Source of the DNA: Deltaproteobacteria bacterium
GTDB taxonomy: Bacteria > SAR324 > NAC60-12
Reading direction: 5' to 3'
Length of the DNA: 64,000 nt
Assembly: GCA_038150265.1 (NCBI GenBank)
Contig: JAYOTF010000007.1
Span: 36,700-100,699, forward strand
Below the pieces are notes generated by a model. That model searched no databases, was not told the DNA's origin, and saw only the letters and a program-made list of their open reading frames with translations. This document shows, piece after piece, positions 1 to 11,201 of the stretch (the stretch's first letter is position 1; each line of letters starts with the position of its first letter). The translations under genes were made by a program, and so were the position numbers.

Positions 1-283
1 CGTGTCCATGATCCTCGCCATGGGCATGCGGAAGCAACAGCCCGAGTGCGGCTTGTCCCCGGCGGAAGTACACCATCAGGTTGAAGCCCAGCAGGCCGCT
101 GATGAAGAGCATTCCCGCCAGAGCCAGCTTCGATTCAGCTGGCAGGAAGACCACCAGCACGAGGGGCAGGATTCCGCCAACGGGGTAGTCCCGCGAGTTT
201 TGGGAGCCAATCAGGAACATGGACAGGACGGCAAAGAACATTCCGGTGCCGATCCCCAGCAACAAAACGTAAGGAAACTCCAT
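1..283 (-). CDS. Hypothetical membrane protein, runs off the window edge; His-rich stretch after about 3 TM helices
   Basis: Manual translation from ATG at 283: MEFPYVLLLGIGTGMFFAVLSMFLIG...LLLPHAHGEDHGH; hydrophobic segments; not in the ORF track because it is truncated. Confidence 0.6.
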   Translation of the reverse strand, partial: MEFPYVLLLGIGTGMFFAVLSMFLIGSQNSRDYPVGGILPLVLVVFLPAESKLALAGMLFISGLLGFNLMVYFRRGQAALGLLLPHAHGEDHGH

Positions 284-366
284 GGGACGAATCTGGGTTC
301 AGGTTAACGAGTAGCCGGCAAGGCAAACGAGTGAGAGCATAGCACGCTTTTCCGGGAAGCAGAAGC

Positions 367-2340
367 TCAGAACGCTGAGGAGGCGGCCTCTTTCAGCAGG
401 GTGTCATAGGCTTGTGGTGTCAGGGCTTCCCAGCTTTCTGCAACCACCTGGAAGCGGCTCTCGGCACGGCGGAGGATCAGGGTCTTGATCCCGAGGTCAG
501 AGAGGCGTTCTGATTGATAATCCTGAAGGAGCCGGACCCGAATGTCTTCTCCCGAAAACTCGATCTGGAGTGGGGTCAGCTGAATCTGACGAGCGCCATT
601 TTGCTCGGCCACCCGTTGCTTCAGGTCGGCCCAGGCGGCCAGGTCGTATGACTCGCTCTGGAAGTCAGAGGCATACACCTGCAAGTAGGCCTGCAGGTTG
701 TCTCCTTCCCAGAGGTCTCGCCAGTGACTCACAAAGGCCAGGACGGACTGCAGGGGGTCGCCGGAAGTGATCACCGGGGCCGGTGTGGGCTCCGTCGTGG
801 CCACGGCGGGAGCAACCGGTGCTGCTGGTGCCAGGGCTGGAGCTTCCGGAGCCGTGACGTGGTTCACTTCCGGAGCTTCCGGAGCCGGGGTCGCTTCGCT
901 GGTGTCGAGCCAGGCGATGGCCTCCGGAGGGGTGCGGTCCTGATCAACAGCGGCAATGAGTTCCGTATTCGGGGCCGCCGGGTCGGCATCGGCTTCGGTG
1001 ACCCAGGCGACGGCCTCGGTTTCAGAGCCATCCAGGTCCACTGGGCGGGCCGCTGGGGGAACGGGTTCTGCGTCGGTTGCAACCAGCCAGGCTGCTCCGG
1101 TTGCTGAAGGCGCGTCCAGCTCCACGGGTTCCGGAGCGCTAATGAGGGTTTGGCGCAACTCGTCCAGCCCTTCCGGGTTTTGTAACGTCAGGGGCTCTTC
1201 GGCAGAAGTTTCCGGCTCTTCCGGAAGCGTGGGCTCTGAAGACGAGTTCGGCTCTTCCGGAAGGTTTGGCGAGAAGGACAAGGCGGCCAGAAGGGGGTCG
1301 TTTTCCGGAGTCGCCTTCACGATGCTGCCGGCGACCGGAGTGCCATTGAGGACAATGGGGAAGCTCTGCTGCTCCATTGCCAGGCGGTCGGAGGCGTTGA
1401 GCTTGCCCCACTGCTCGCTGATGATTTCATACCCCCGGGCTCCCTTGCGGAGGTACAGGGTTTTCAATCCGGAAGTCTGCAGGTGCGGGGCATCGTAGTC
1501 CTGGAAGAGTCGAACCTCCGTGACCTCTCCGGAGCGGAGGATGCTGAGAACCTGGATGCTGATGCGCTTTTCCCGGTAGAGGTCGTTGACGTTCTGCTTG
1601 TACTGCTTCCAGCGGGACGCGTTGAATTTTTGAGTCCGGAAGTCTGTGGCATAAAGCGACAGGTAGACCGGGTTGTCGCTGGTTTCCCAAGACGTGATCC
1701 AGGTTTGCAGAAACTCCAGAACCTGCTGGCGCTCCTGGAGCACCTTCCAGGGGCTTTCCAGCTGCAGCTTTTTGCTGATGATCATGGGCGTGTTGCGGAG
1801 CGACACCAGCTGCTTGACCTCAAGCAATTCGTCATTGCGGAGCGAGATGCACCCCCGGGTGGCCACGGGTTCCACCGATTCGGTGCCGTGCAGCCAGATC
1901 CCGGAACCCGTCTTGCGGTGATAGTAGCGGTCCAGGAAGTTCGGGTAGTTCGTCACCAGCGCTCCGGAGCCATAAACGGAGGCAATCTCCTCTCCATAGC
2001 GCTGGTCCAGCAGGGAGCTGCTCAGCTTCTGCCGGAAGCGGTAGATGCCCTCTGGCGTCTTCTGGTCTCCTTCGACCTGTTTGTCACCGTCAACCTTCCC
2101 AGACTCACACGAGTGGAGGGAGTTGAGGCGCCAGTGGCCGTTCAGTTGGTAGACGTAGAGGGTGCATCCGGATTTGTCCACCGCGATCACGGTGTCTCCC
2201 TCGACGCCATAGTAGAGGAGGCCTGCAGGGATTTTTTCAGCAGCCGCTACTGGAAGAGCCAGAAGTCCCCAGTATCCAGTGAGGAGCAATCCGAGAGCGA
2301 CCAGCAGGCGAGAAAGGGAGGTCGTCAGTGGGGGCGTCAC
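367..2340 (-). CDS. L,D-transpeptidase/carboxypeptidase (YkuD family) with two NTF2/SnoaL-like domains and a Pro/Ala/Glu-rich linker
   Basis: Motifs GDKQVEGDQKTPEGIY, GSGIWLHG, TRGCISL; N-terminal signal/TM; likely GTG start at 2340 overlapping the csoR stop (GTGA). Confidence 0.85.
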   Translation of the reverse strand: MTPPLTTSLSRLLVALGLLLTGYWGLLALPVAAAEKIPAGLLYYGVEGDTVIAVDKSGCTLYVYQLNGHWRLNSLHSCESGKVDGDKQVEGDQKTPEGIYRFRQKLSSSLLDQRYGEEIASVYGSGALVTNYPNFLDRYYHRKTGSGIWLHGTESVEPVATRGCISLRNDELLEVKQLVSLRNTPMIISKKLQLESPWKVLQERQQVLEFLQTWITSWETSDNPVYLSLYATDFRTQKFNASRWKQYKQNVNDLYREKRISIQVLSILRSGEVTEVRLFQDYDAPHLQTSGLKTLYLRKGARGYEIISEQWGKLNASDRLAMEQQSFPIVLNGTPVAGSIVKATPENDPLLAALSFSPNLPEEPNSSSEPTLPEEPETSAEEPLTLQNPEGLDELRQTLISAPEPVELDAPSATGAAWLVATDAEPVPPAARPVDLDGSETEAVAWVTEADADPAAPNTELIAAVDQDRTPPEAIAWLDTSEATPAPEAPEVNHVTAPEAPALAPAAPVAPAVATTEPTPAPVITSGDPLQSVLAFVSHWRDLWEGDNLQAYLQVYASDFQSESYDLAAWADLKQRVAEQNGARQIQLTPLQIEFSGEDIRVRLLQDYQSERLSDLGIKTLILRRAESRFQVVAESWEALTPQAYDTLLKEAASSAF

Positions 2341-2693
2341 GAGGCTTTGTCGAGAAGTTGAATGATTTCTTGGATCTTGGCTTCCGCGACTTCCGGCTGC
2401 GAGGAGCCGAGGGCGTCCCGGACGCAGTGGTTCAGGTGCGCCTGGAGGATGCCGAGCTCCACCTGGCGCAGGGCGCCGGAAGCGGCACGGATTTGAGCAA
2501 TGATGTCCATGCAGTAGCGGCGCTCCTCGACCATCTTCTGAATCCCCCGGAGCTGTCCCTCCACCCGACGGAGTCGGTTGAGCTGAGGGTGGTGGTCCGG
2601 GTGAGCCGAAGCGTCCAGGTCGTGACATCCGGGCACGTCGTTCCCGGACGGGGAAAGCGTGTCAGGGGCGGCATTCGCATTGCAGGTTGTCAC
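2337..2693 (-). CDS. csoR: CsoR/RcnR-family metal-sensing repressor
   Basis: LNRLRRVEGQLRGIQKMVEERRYCMDI...AHLNHCV, giving the Cys-His-Cys Cu(I) fingerprint. Confidence 0.85.
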   Translation of the reverse strand: MTTCNANAAPDTLSPSGNDVPGCHDLDASAHPDHHPQLNRLRRVEGQLRGIQKMVEERRYCMDIIAQIRAASGALRQVELGILQAHLNHCVRDALGSSQPEVAEAKIQEIIQLLDKAS

Positions 2694-2900
2694 AGGCTAC
2701 CGTTAGACTGGGTTCGGTTTCCACGAGTACAAAGGTCCTGGCTGCTGCCAAGGGTTCAGGGGTCCTGCAAGAAACGGGACATCTCGTGGCTAAAGAGCCA
2801 AGTATAAAGAGGGCATGCCACAGACACAACCTGAACTTGCAACGGACGGCTTCTGAAGCTGTTCCTTCTTGCGCAGACCTGACCTTCCAAACGCCTCATC

Positions 2901-4025
2901 ATGTTGGATTCACCTTCCTCAGATACCCCCCGTTCCGGAGACGTCGCCCTGGTGCTGGCGGCCCTCATGCTGGTTTCGTATGGCCTGATCATGATCTACA
3001 GCACCGGAGTGGCGGTGGCAGAGCGGACCTATGGTGACAGCTTCTACTTTGTCAAACGGCACCTGCTGAACCTGCTGGTGGCCGGGTTGGCGTTTTATGT
3101 GGGCTACCGTATTGACTACCGCCGCTGGCGGGCCTGGATCCCCTGGATGATGGTGGGCATGCTGCTGCTGCTGCTGGCGGTGATGGTGACGCATTACGGG
3201 GCATCCGTGAAGGGCGGGCGGCGCTGGCTGCGTGTGGCGGGATTCGGGTTTCAGCCGGCAGAGTTCCTCAAGGTGGTGCTGGTGTTCTACGTGGCCTCTT
3301 ACCTGGAACGCAAGCAGGCCCTGCTGGGCTCGTTCACCAAGGGCCTGATTCCGACCTTCCTCATTACGGGGCTTTATCTCTTTCTGGTGCTGCTGCAGCC
3401 CGACTTCGGAACCGTGGTGCTGGTAGCGATGACGGTGCTGGTGATGCTCTTCTTGGGAGGGGGGCGCCTGACCCACATCACGGCCAGCATCCTCAGCGTG
3501 GGCATGGTCGGAGGCCTGCTCGTTGCCTCCGAGGAGTACCGCATGAAGCGGGTGCTTGCGTTTCTGGACCCGTGGAGCGACCCATGGAATTCCGGATACC
3601 AGATCATCCAGGCGTTCATTGCCATCGGCAGCGGTGGCTGGACGGGCCGGGGGCTGGGCATGAGCCGGCAGAAGCTGTTCTTCCTTCCGGAGGCGCATAC
3701 CGACTTCATCTTTGCGATTGTGGGAGAAGAGCTCGGCTTCATTGGGGTCCTGCTGCTGCTGGCGCTGTTTACCGTGTTCCTCTGGCGTGGGTTCTGGGTG
3801 GCCTGGAACGTTCAGGATACCTTTGCGCGCCACGTGGCCTCGGGCTTTACCACCTTGATCAGCCTGCAGGTCCTGTTTAACCTGTGTGTGGTCACCGGCC
3901 TCATGCCCACCAAAGGCATTTCTCTGCCCTTCATCAGCTACGGAGGGTCCTCGTTGATGACCACCATGCTGATCACCGGCATCCTCGTGAACATCAGTCG
4001 TAATGTTTCGGCACAACGTGGCTGA
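2901..4025 (+). CDS. ftsW: SEDS-family peptidoglycan glycosyltransferase FtsW
   Basis: GGRRWL, FQPAEFLK, QPDFGT, LPEAHTDFIFAIVGEELG, KGISLPFISYGGSS. Confidence 0.92.
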   Translation: MLDSPSSDTPRSGDVALVLAALMLVSYGLIMIYSTGVAVAERTYGDSFYFVKRHLLNLLVAGLAFYVGYRIDYRRWRAWIPWMMVGMLLLLLAVMVTHYGASVKGGRRWLRVAGFGFQPAEFLKVVLVFYVASYLERKQALLGSFTKGLIPTFLITGLYLFLVLLQPDFGTVVLVAMTVLVMLFLGGGRLTHITASILSVGMVGGLLVASEEYRMKRVLAFLDPWSDPWNSGYQIIQAFIAIGSGGWTGRGLGMSRQKLFFLPEAHTDFIFAIVGEELGFIGVLLLLALFTVFLWRGFWVAWNVQDTFARHVASGFTTLISLQVLFNLCVVTGLMPTKGISLPFISYGGSSLMTTMLITGILVNISRNVSAQRG

Positions 4026-7000
4026 ACGCCTCCTGCTTGGCCTCCTTTTGGGAGGCTTCCTCTACCTGACGCTTCCTCCGATCCCTGCTTTTGCGCAAAC
4101 GGGCTCCGAGCCTGAACTGGAAGACCCCGAACCGCCTTCAGATGCCGAAGAGGTGGGCGCAGAAGAGGCGCCTTCCGGTCGCATTGACCACCGTCTGAAG
4201 AACTTCCTCGAGACCACTCAGGGGCTGGATGACTGGAACCGCATCATGCTGGCCATCCTGGAAAGTCCGGAAGCGGTCGAAGAGGTCCTCAACCAGGGAA
4301 TGCGGGTCAACGTCCGCGGGCATGGACAGTTCCGGGGGTCAACGCCCCTGATCTTTGCGGCCAAGACCGGAAAGCTGGAGATTGTGCGGTTGCTGGTGGA
4401 ACGCAGGGCCCGGATCAACGACACCGATGACAACGGGATGACAGCCCTGGCGCATGCGGCTCAGGAGGGAGAGCTGGAGATTGTGCGGTTCCTGCTGAAG
4501 CGTGGCGCCAACCCGGATACCATTTCAGACAACCATTGGACGCCTCTGATTTTGGCGACCCGACGTGGGCACGATGGCGTCGTCCGGATCCTGCTGAGTG
4601 TGGGGGTCCGGGTGGATTATGCCGATCACCTGGGCCTGACGGCCCTGGCGTATGCAGCGCAGGAAGGAGAGCTGACCATTGCCGAGATGCTGCTGGAGTA
4701 TGGTGCCGATCCGCGGGTTGCCTCTCGGAACGAATCGACCCCGCTGCTTTGGGCTGTGAAGAGCGATCAGCTGTCACTGGTCGCTGAGCTTCACCGCAGT
4801 GGCGGTTCCATTCGGGTGCGAGAGAAGGAATTTGGCCGGACGCCGCTGCACCTGGCAGCGCTCAATGGCAGCACGTCCATGGCGCGTTTCCTCCTGCGCC
4901 TGGGAGCCCGGATTGATGCCGTTGACTTCCAGGGCCGCACGCCCCTGATCACGGCCCTCCTCTCGCAGAGTGAAGAGACCGCCGTTGCGCTCATTCAGGA
5001 GGGCGCTTCCCTTGAATTGCCCGATGAGCAGGGCAACACGGCGCTGATCCTGGCGGCGCAGAACGGCATGCTGGAGACCGTGCAGGAACTCCTCAACCGT
5101 CCAGTTGATCTCGACATCCAAAATGAGCTGGGGCAGACCCCGTTGATGCTGGCGGCTGCCTCCGGAAGGCTGGAAGTGGTGGAGCTGTTGCTGCGTCGAA
5201 GTGCCGACCTGAGTCGGACGGACCGTTACGGCAAGACCGCCTGGATGTATGCCGCAGATTATGAGCAGGATGAGGTGGTCCGGTTCCTGGACCAGAACGG
5301 GGGGGCCACTTCGGGCAATCTGATTTATGCCGCCACCCGAGGGTACGTGCCGATCCTTCAGGACCTGCTGGAACGTGAAGTGCCCCTAACGGCTCAGGAT
5401 GAACTGGGGTGGACGGCGCTGATGTGGGCCGCCAACAATGGAAACCTCGAGAGCCTCAAGCTGCTGCTGGAACACAACACCCCCGTCAACGACCAGGGCG
5501 CCAACGGCTGGACCGCGCTGATGCTGGCAGCCGGGCGCGGACACGCGGAGGCCATTGAACTGCTGGTCCAGAATGGTGCCGACTTCACGATTCGGGATCA
5601 GGACGAGTGGACGGCGCTGACATGGGCGGCACACAAGGGCCAGACGCTTTCGGTCAAAAAGCTCATCAGCCTCGGTGCTCAGGTCAATGAGCAGGGCGCC
5701 AATGGCGTGACCCCCTTGGCCTGGGCGGCGGCTTCCGGAAACACCGAGACCGTGCTGGCCCTGCTTGAGCTGGAGGCCGACCTGCACCTCGCAGATGCGT
5801 ATGGCAGAAGCCCTCTGACGCTGGCTCTGCTGAAGGAACACTATGATACGGCGGGAACCCTGATTCGCCTGGGGGCCAATGCCAACGCCAGCCTCCTCTA
5901 TGCCTCCAGCCGCGGGTACGTTGGGATTGTGCAGTTTCTGCTGGAGCATCAGGCGAGCCTCCAGCACCGCTCGGAAGAAGGCATGACGCCCCTGTTGCTG
6001 GCCAGCATGGGCGGACACGAGGCGGTGATTCAACTGCTGCTGCAACAGGGAGCCGACCCCCTCTTCCGGGACCCGCGAAACCGCACGGCTCTGCACTATG
6101 CGATCATTGCCGACTCGTTGCCCAGCAGCGAGCTGCTTCTGCGTTCCGGAGACCTGGTCAACCTGAAGGATGCCGACGGCAACACGGCGCTGATGCTGGC
6201 GGCTGATCAGGGGTACCGTGATCTGGTGGAGCTGCTCCTGCGTTACGGAGCACGCCTGAACGAGGTCAATGGCGGACAGCAAACAGCGCTGATGCTGGCG
6301 GCGGCCAAGGGCTATCGCGAGATCTGCCGCCTGCTCATCCAGTCAGGCGCCAATCCGGAGCTGCAAACCGAGTCGGAGCAAAATGCGCTCATGGTGGCTG
6401 CCCAAAATGGACACCGCCTGGTGGTGGAGTTGCTGCTGGAACAGGGGGTGCCCGTGGATACCAAGATGTTCCAGTTGCAGGGACGGGGTGGAACGGCCCT
6501 GACCCTTGCGGCTCGGAGCGGGCATTCCGATGTGGTGCAGGTGCTGCTCAACTACGGGGCCAAGCTGGGCGCGATTGAGCTCATGTACCGCCGCAATGCC
6601 CTCATGGAGGCTGCCCGAAGCGGTTACCTGGGAACCGTGAAGGTGCTGCTGCTCGCAGGCGCCGTCGCTTCGGAAACGGACCTGTCGGGGAAAACCGCCC
6701 TCATGCTGGCGGCCGAGGCCGGGCATACGCCTGTTGTTCAGTACCTGCTCGATCAGGCACCTGATTCCGCTTTTGAGGTCGATGACGAGGGAAAGTCGGC
6801 GTTGCACCTGGCCGCCGAAATGGGACAGGCCGAGGTGGTGCGCTTGCTGCTCGACCAGGGCTTTGATCCGGACCAGAGGGATCAACAGGGCGAGACGCCC
6901 CTGCACCTGGCGGCTGAAGCGGAAAGCGTGTTGGTGCTCAAGCTGCTGCTGGAAGCCGGGGCGGATCCGCAACTGAAGGACCGCTCGGGAAGAAGCCCCC

Positions 7001-7047
7001 GGGACTGGGTCAGCACGAATCCGGAGCTGGCGTCGCTGTTTGAGTGA
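4003..7047 (+). CDS. Exported ankyrin-repeat protein (about 27 repeats)
   Basis: Signal-like N-terminus ending PAFA-QT; continuous 33-aa G-TPL/TAL-AA-G-V-LL-GA repeats. Confidence 0.92.
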   Translation: MFRHNVAERLLLGLLLGGFLYLTLPPIPAFAQTGSEPELEDPEPPSDAEEVGAEEAPSGRIDHRLKNFLETTQGLDDWNRIMLAILESPEAVEEVLNQGMRVNVRGHGQFRGSTPLIFAAKTGKLEIVRLLVERRARINDTDDNGMTALAHAAQEGELEIVRFLLKRGANPDTISDNHWTPLILATRRGHDGVVRILLSVGVRVDYADHLGLTALAYAAQEGELTIAEMLLEYGADPRVASRNESTPLLWAVKSDQLSLVAELHRSGGSIRVREKEFGRTPLHLAALNGSTSMARFLLRLGARIDAVDFQGRTPLITALLSQSEETAVALIQEGASLELPDEQGNTALILAAQNGMLETVQELLNRPVDLDIQNELGQTPLMLAAASGRLEVVELLLRRSADLSRTDRYGKTAWMYAADYEQDEVVRFLDQNGGATSGNLIYAATRGYVPILQDLLEREVPLTAQDELGWTALMWAANNGNLESLKLLLEHNTPVNDQGANGWTALMLAAGRGHAEAIELLVQNGADFTIRDQDEWTALTWAAHKGQTLSVKKLISLGAQVNEQGANGVTPLAWAAASGNTETVLALLELEADLHLADAYGRSPLTLALLKEHYDTAGTLIRLGANANASLLYASSRGYVGIVQFLLEHQASLQHRSEEGMTPLLLASMGGHEAVIQLLLQQGADPLFRDPRNRTALHYAIIADSLPSSELLLRSGDLVNLKDADGNTALMLAADQGYRDLVELLLRYGARLNEVNGGQQTALMLAAAKGYREICRLLIQSGANPELQTESEQNALMVAAQNGHRLVVELLLEQGVPVDTKMFQLQGRGGTALTLAARSGHSDVVQVLLNYGAKLGAIELMYRRNALMEAARSGYLGTVKVLLLAGAVASETDLSGKTALMLAAEAGHTPVVQYLLDQAPDSAFEVDDEGKSALHLAAEMGQAEVVRLLLDQGFDPDQRDQQGETPLHLAAEAESVLVLKLLLEAGADPQLKDRSGRSPRDWVSTNPELASLFE

Positions 7048-7050
7048 CGG

Positions 7051-7296
7051 TCAGCTCCCCTTGTTCCACCAGGCGATCACGAGCTGCTGCTCCCGCTCCC
7101 GAAACCCTGCCTCATCAATCTTTCCCTGCCTGAACCCCTCCCGGAGGTAGTGGAGCTTGGCCAGCCACTCTTCGGTGCTGCTGCACTGGCTCCACCCTCC
7201 TTCCGTTTGACGGACCAGTTGCTCATAGGCCTCTGTGTCCAGGTCGATGGGGTGGTCCAGAGCGTGAGGGGTGACCCGGATGGTCGACATGGCCAC
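7051..7296 (-). CDS. Small hypothetical protein
   Basis: 81-aa ORF 5 bp downstream of tal on the same strand, protein-like composition. Confidence 0.65.
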   Translation of the reverse strand: MAMSTIRVTPHALDHPIDLDTEAYEQLVRQTEGGWSQCSSTEEWLAKLHYLREGFRQGKIDEAGFREREQQLVIAWWNKGS

Positions 7297-7301
7297 CGAC
7301 C

Positions 7302-7964
7302 TCAGTCAGCCTGACCGAGGGTCTGACCAGTCTGCTCCCAGTCCTTCAGGAAGGCGGCCAGGCCCTTGTCGGTGAGGGGGTGGTGGAACATCTGCTGAAA
7401 GACCTTTGGTGGCGCTGTGATGACATCGGCGCCCATCTTGGCACAGTGGAGGGCGTGTTGTGGACCCCGGATGGAGGCGGCCAGGACCTCAGTCTCAAAG
7501 CCATAGTTGTTGTAGATTTCAACAATGTCGGCGATCAGATCGAGCCCGTCCAGGCTGATGTCGTCCAGACGTCCCACAAACGGACTGATGAAGGTGGCGC
7601 CGGCCTTGGCCGCAATCAGGGCCTGGTTGGCGCTGAAGCACAGGGTCACATTGACTGGGTGCCCCTCTTTGCTGAGCTGGTTGCAGGCCTGAATGCCTTC
7701 CGGTGTCAGGGGAACCTTCACCACAATGTTGTCGGCAATCTGCCGGAGCCAGCGTCCCTCGCGGATCATGCTCTCGGCATCAGTGGAGACCGTTTCTCCG
7801 GAGATGGGGCCATCCACGAGCTTGCAGATCTCGGCCAGCACTTCACGGATGTCTCGTCCGGACTGCGCAATGAGGCTGGGGTTGGTGGTGACGCCATCAA
7901 CAATGCCGTAGGCGGTGAGGGCTTGAATCTGTTCCGTATCGGCAGTATCAACAAAAAATTTCAT
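7302..7964 (-). CDS. tal: Transaldolase / fructose-6-phosphate aldolase (short type)
   Basis: [42 protein letters not shown]. Confidence 0.93.
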   Translation of the reverse strand: MKFFVDTADTEQIQALTAYGIVDGVTTNPSLIAQSGRDIREVLAEICKLVDGPISGETVSTDAESMIREGRWLRQIADNIVVKVPLTPEGIQACNQLSKEGHPVNVTLCFSANQALIAAKAGATFISPFVGRLDDISLDGLDLIADIVEIYNNYGFETEVLAASIRGPQHALHCAKMGADVITAPPKVFQQMFHHPLTDKGLAAFLKDWEQTGQTLGQAD

Positions 7965-8195
7965 GGAAGGGACTTTCGTTGAGAAGGTTGGACCGTGACT
8001 GGAGGTGCGGGAGCGCCACAGAGGTATTCAACAGGTTGAAAGCCCCTGAGTTTAGCGAACCTCTTGCGGGAGTGCAATCGGGCAACTGGAAAAACCCACT
8101 CAATTTTTTGGGATGTCTTGACCGGGGCCTGTCCCCCCTTTACCGAGGCCAGGGCGCTGAGTTCCGACGCCTCTTTCTTTCTGATGGAGACTTGT

Positions 8196-8624
8196 ATGAC
8201 GACGGCTTCTTCCAAAGCCCTTGAGGTGGCACAGACCATGTTTGCTGACGACCGGACCTCCCAGTTTCTGGGCATGGAACTGATTGAGGTGACGCCAGGA
8301 GCAGCAACGCTGCGCCTGCCACTGGCGGAGTGGATGTTCAACGGACATGGCACCTGCCACGGCGGGATCATCTTTACGTTTGCTGACTCCGCCTTCGCCT
8401 TTGCGTGCAACTCGCACAACCAGCGGACCGTTGCGCAGCACTGCACCATTACCTTCCTGAAGCCGGGGAAGCCTGGAGACATTCTGATTGCAGACGCCCG
8501 AGAAGTCGCTCGTGAGGGACGAAATGGGATCTATGACATTGAGATCCGGACGGAAGCCGGAGAGGTGCTGGCGCAGTTCCGGGGAAACTCGCGCAGCATC
8601 TCCGGGACCATTTTGCCGGAGTGA
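8196..8624 (+). CDS. paaI: Hydroxyphenylacetyl-CoA thioesterase PaaI
   Basis: NGHGTCHGGIIFTFADSAFAFACNS; GGAGA RBS before ATG 8196. Confidence 0.88.
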   Translation: MTTASSKALEVAQTMFADDRTSQFLGMELIEVTPGAATLRLPLAEWMFNGHGTCHGGIIFTFADSAFAFACNSHNQRTVAQHCTITFLKPGKPGDILIADAREVAREGRNGIYDIEIRTEAGEVLAQFRGNSRSISGTILPE

Positions 8625-8625
8625 C

Positions 8626-9078
8626 TCAGGAGGCGTCTGTTGGCTGAGGCGCGTCCAGAAGCTTGTACACCATCTTGGTAAACAGCGCGCGCTCCTCCGG
8701 ATCCAGACGCTCAAGAAACTGCGCTTCGTATTCCAGCGCCAGGGGTTTGATGTCCTCAAAAAGTGCCCGTCCGGAATCCGTGAGTCGCATCTCGACCAAG
8801 CGGCGGTCGTTGGTGCTGGGACGTTTTTCCATCAGACCTCGTGCCTCCAGACGTGCAGAGGCTCGGCTAATCTTGGCCTTGTCCATGTCCACATGCTGGA
8901 AGACCTCCCGGACCGAGATGCGGTCGGATTCGGCCAGGTGGGCCATCAGCCGCCACTCTGGAATGGACAGGTCAAACTGGGCCTCATAGACCTGGGCCAG
9001 GTTCCGGCTCACCTGATGGGCCAGAACGTTGAGGAGGTAGGGGAGGTAGTGGTCGAGTTGAAGGGCTGAGTGGCTCAT
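8626..9078 (-). CDS. MarR-family transcriptional regulator
   Basis: YLPYLL..., EWRLM, DKAKISRA, DRRLVEMRLTDSG. Confidence 0.9.
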   Translation of the reverse strand: MSHSALQLDHYLPYLLNVLAHQVSRNLAQVYEAQFDLSIPEWRLMAHLAESDRISVREVFQHVDMDKAKISRASARLEARGLMEKRPSTNDRRLVEMRLTDSGRALFEDIKPLALEYEAQFLERLDPEERALFTKMVYKLLDAPQPTDAS

Positions 9079-9222
9079 TGGAATGCATGAGGTTAAGGGC
9101 CGAGGGCATCAGCTCTCTTGAAGTTCCTTCCGACAGGAAGGAGCTGCTGATCATTGGGCATTCCTCATTTTCCGAAATTGCGAGCGAAGAAGCAACCATT
9201 CTCCAGAAGGGTTCCGGAGAAC

Positions 9223-9238
9223 TGGCACGCTTCTTTCA
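9223..9238 (+). promoter_or_regulatory. Possible sigma54 promoter (perfect -24, degenerate -12)
   Basis: TGGCACGCTTCTTTCA about 37 bp upstream of ATG 9275; TTTC replaces TTGC. Confidence 0.3.
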
Positions 9239-9274
9239 CACCAGAAGGGATCAACCCGAACCCGCGGAATCATC

Positions 9275-9766
9275 ATGGACCTCACCCCCCTCACTTCTGA
9301 AAAAGAAACCCTGCGTCAGCTGCAGCAGGACCTTGTTGATTATGGCTGGAGCCTGCTTTCCACGCAGTACAAGGGGCATCAGTTCTGTCACACCATTGGC
9401 CTCCACTGGAGCTTTCAGCACGCTGATCTGGAGCTGGTGGGCCTCAATGAGGAGCTGGGCACCCTGTTCCTCAATGAGCTGGCCGGACGGGTGAAGCTGG
9501 GGCAGCGCTACCACCACCTCAGTGTGATTGATGACATGGTGGAGGACATTGAGCTGCTGCTGGTTCACAACCCCCTGGATCCGGAGGGGGAACCCATCCT
9601 GAATGGTCGGCTCCGTTTGGTGTATCCCGATTCCCAGGGCCGTTACCCCTGGGAGAGCGGTTGTGACGATGATTGCCTGGTGCAGCTCCTGTTTCCCGAC
9701 TCCACTCTGCCCCGCCGAGAGGTGTTTGAGGCAGAAGGCCTGCTCCTGCACACCGACCCGGTCTGA
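9275..9766 (+). CDS. DUF4262-like protein
   Basis: YGW..., FCHTIGL...HADLELVGL, LVYPDSQGRYPWE. Confidence 0.7.
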   Translation: MDLTPLTSEKETLRQLQQDLVDYGWSLLSTQYKGHQFCHTIGLHWSFQHADLELVGLNEELGTLFLNELAGRVKLGQRYHHLSVIDDMVEDIELLLVHNPLDPEGEPILNGRLRLVYPDSQGRYPWESGCDDDCLVQLLFPDSTLPRREVFEAEGLLLHTDPV

Positions 9767-9863
9767 CCGGCCCACGACGGCCCTCCCTTCCCCTGCCCCG
9801 TCCGGCTTCCGGACCCGAAGCGTCGATCAGGAGTTGCGACTTTTCCCCAAGTCGCGAAACTGA

Positions 9864-11096
<1,233 letters not shown>

Positions 11097-11117
11097 GCTT
11101 CTCCGGAGGATCGCGCA

Positions 11118-11147
11118 TTGACAAACACGGTAAAACTGCCCTATAAA
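11118..11147 (+). promoter_or_regulatory. Sigma70-type promoter
   Basis: TTGACA-N18-TATAAA upstream of the crotonase gene. Confidence 0.55.
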
Positions 11148-11201
11148 CAGGCGAAGCCAATGCGGTGCTTCTTCAGCACCGGATCTTTTTCCGACTCTTG
11201 A

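Noticed and set aside
2341..2628. N-terminal extension of the 753-aa YkuD ORF
   Set aside because: It overlaps csoR in another frame and is low-complexity; the signal sequence begins after GTG 2340.
2694..2940. CsoR operator
   Set aside because: Only a half-site-like ATACCCCCC inside the ftsW start; I found no complete TAC-G/C-tract-GTA inverted repeat.
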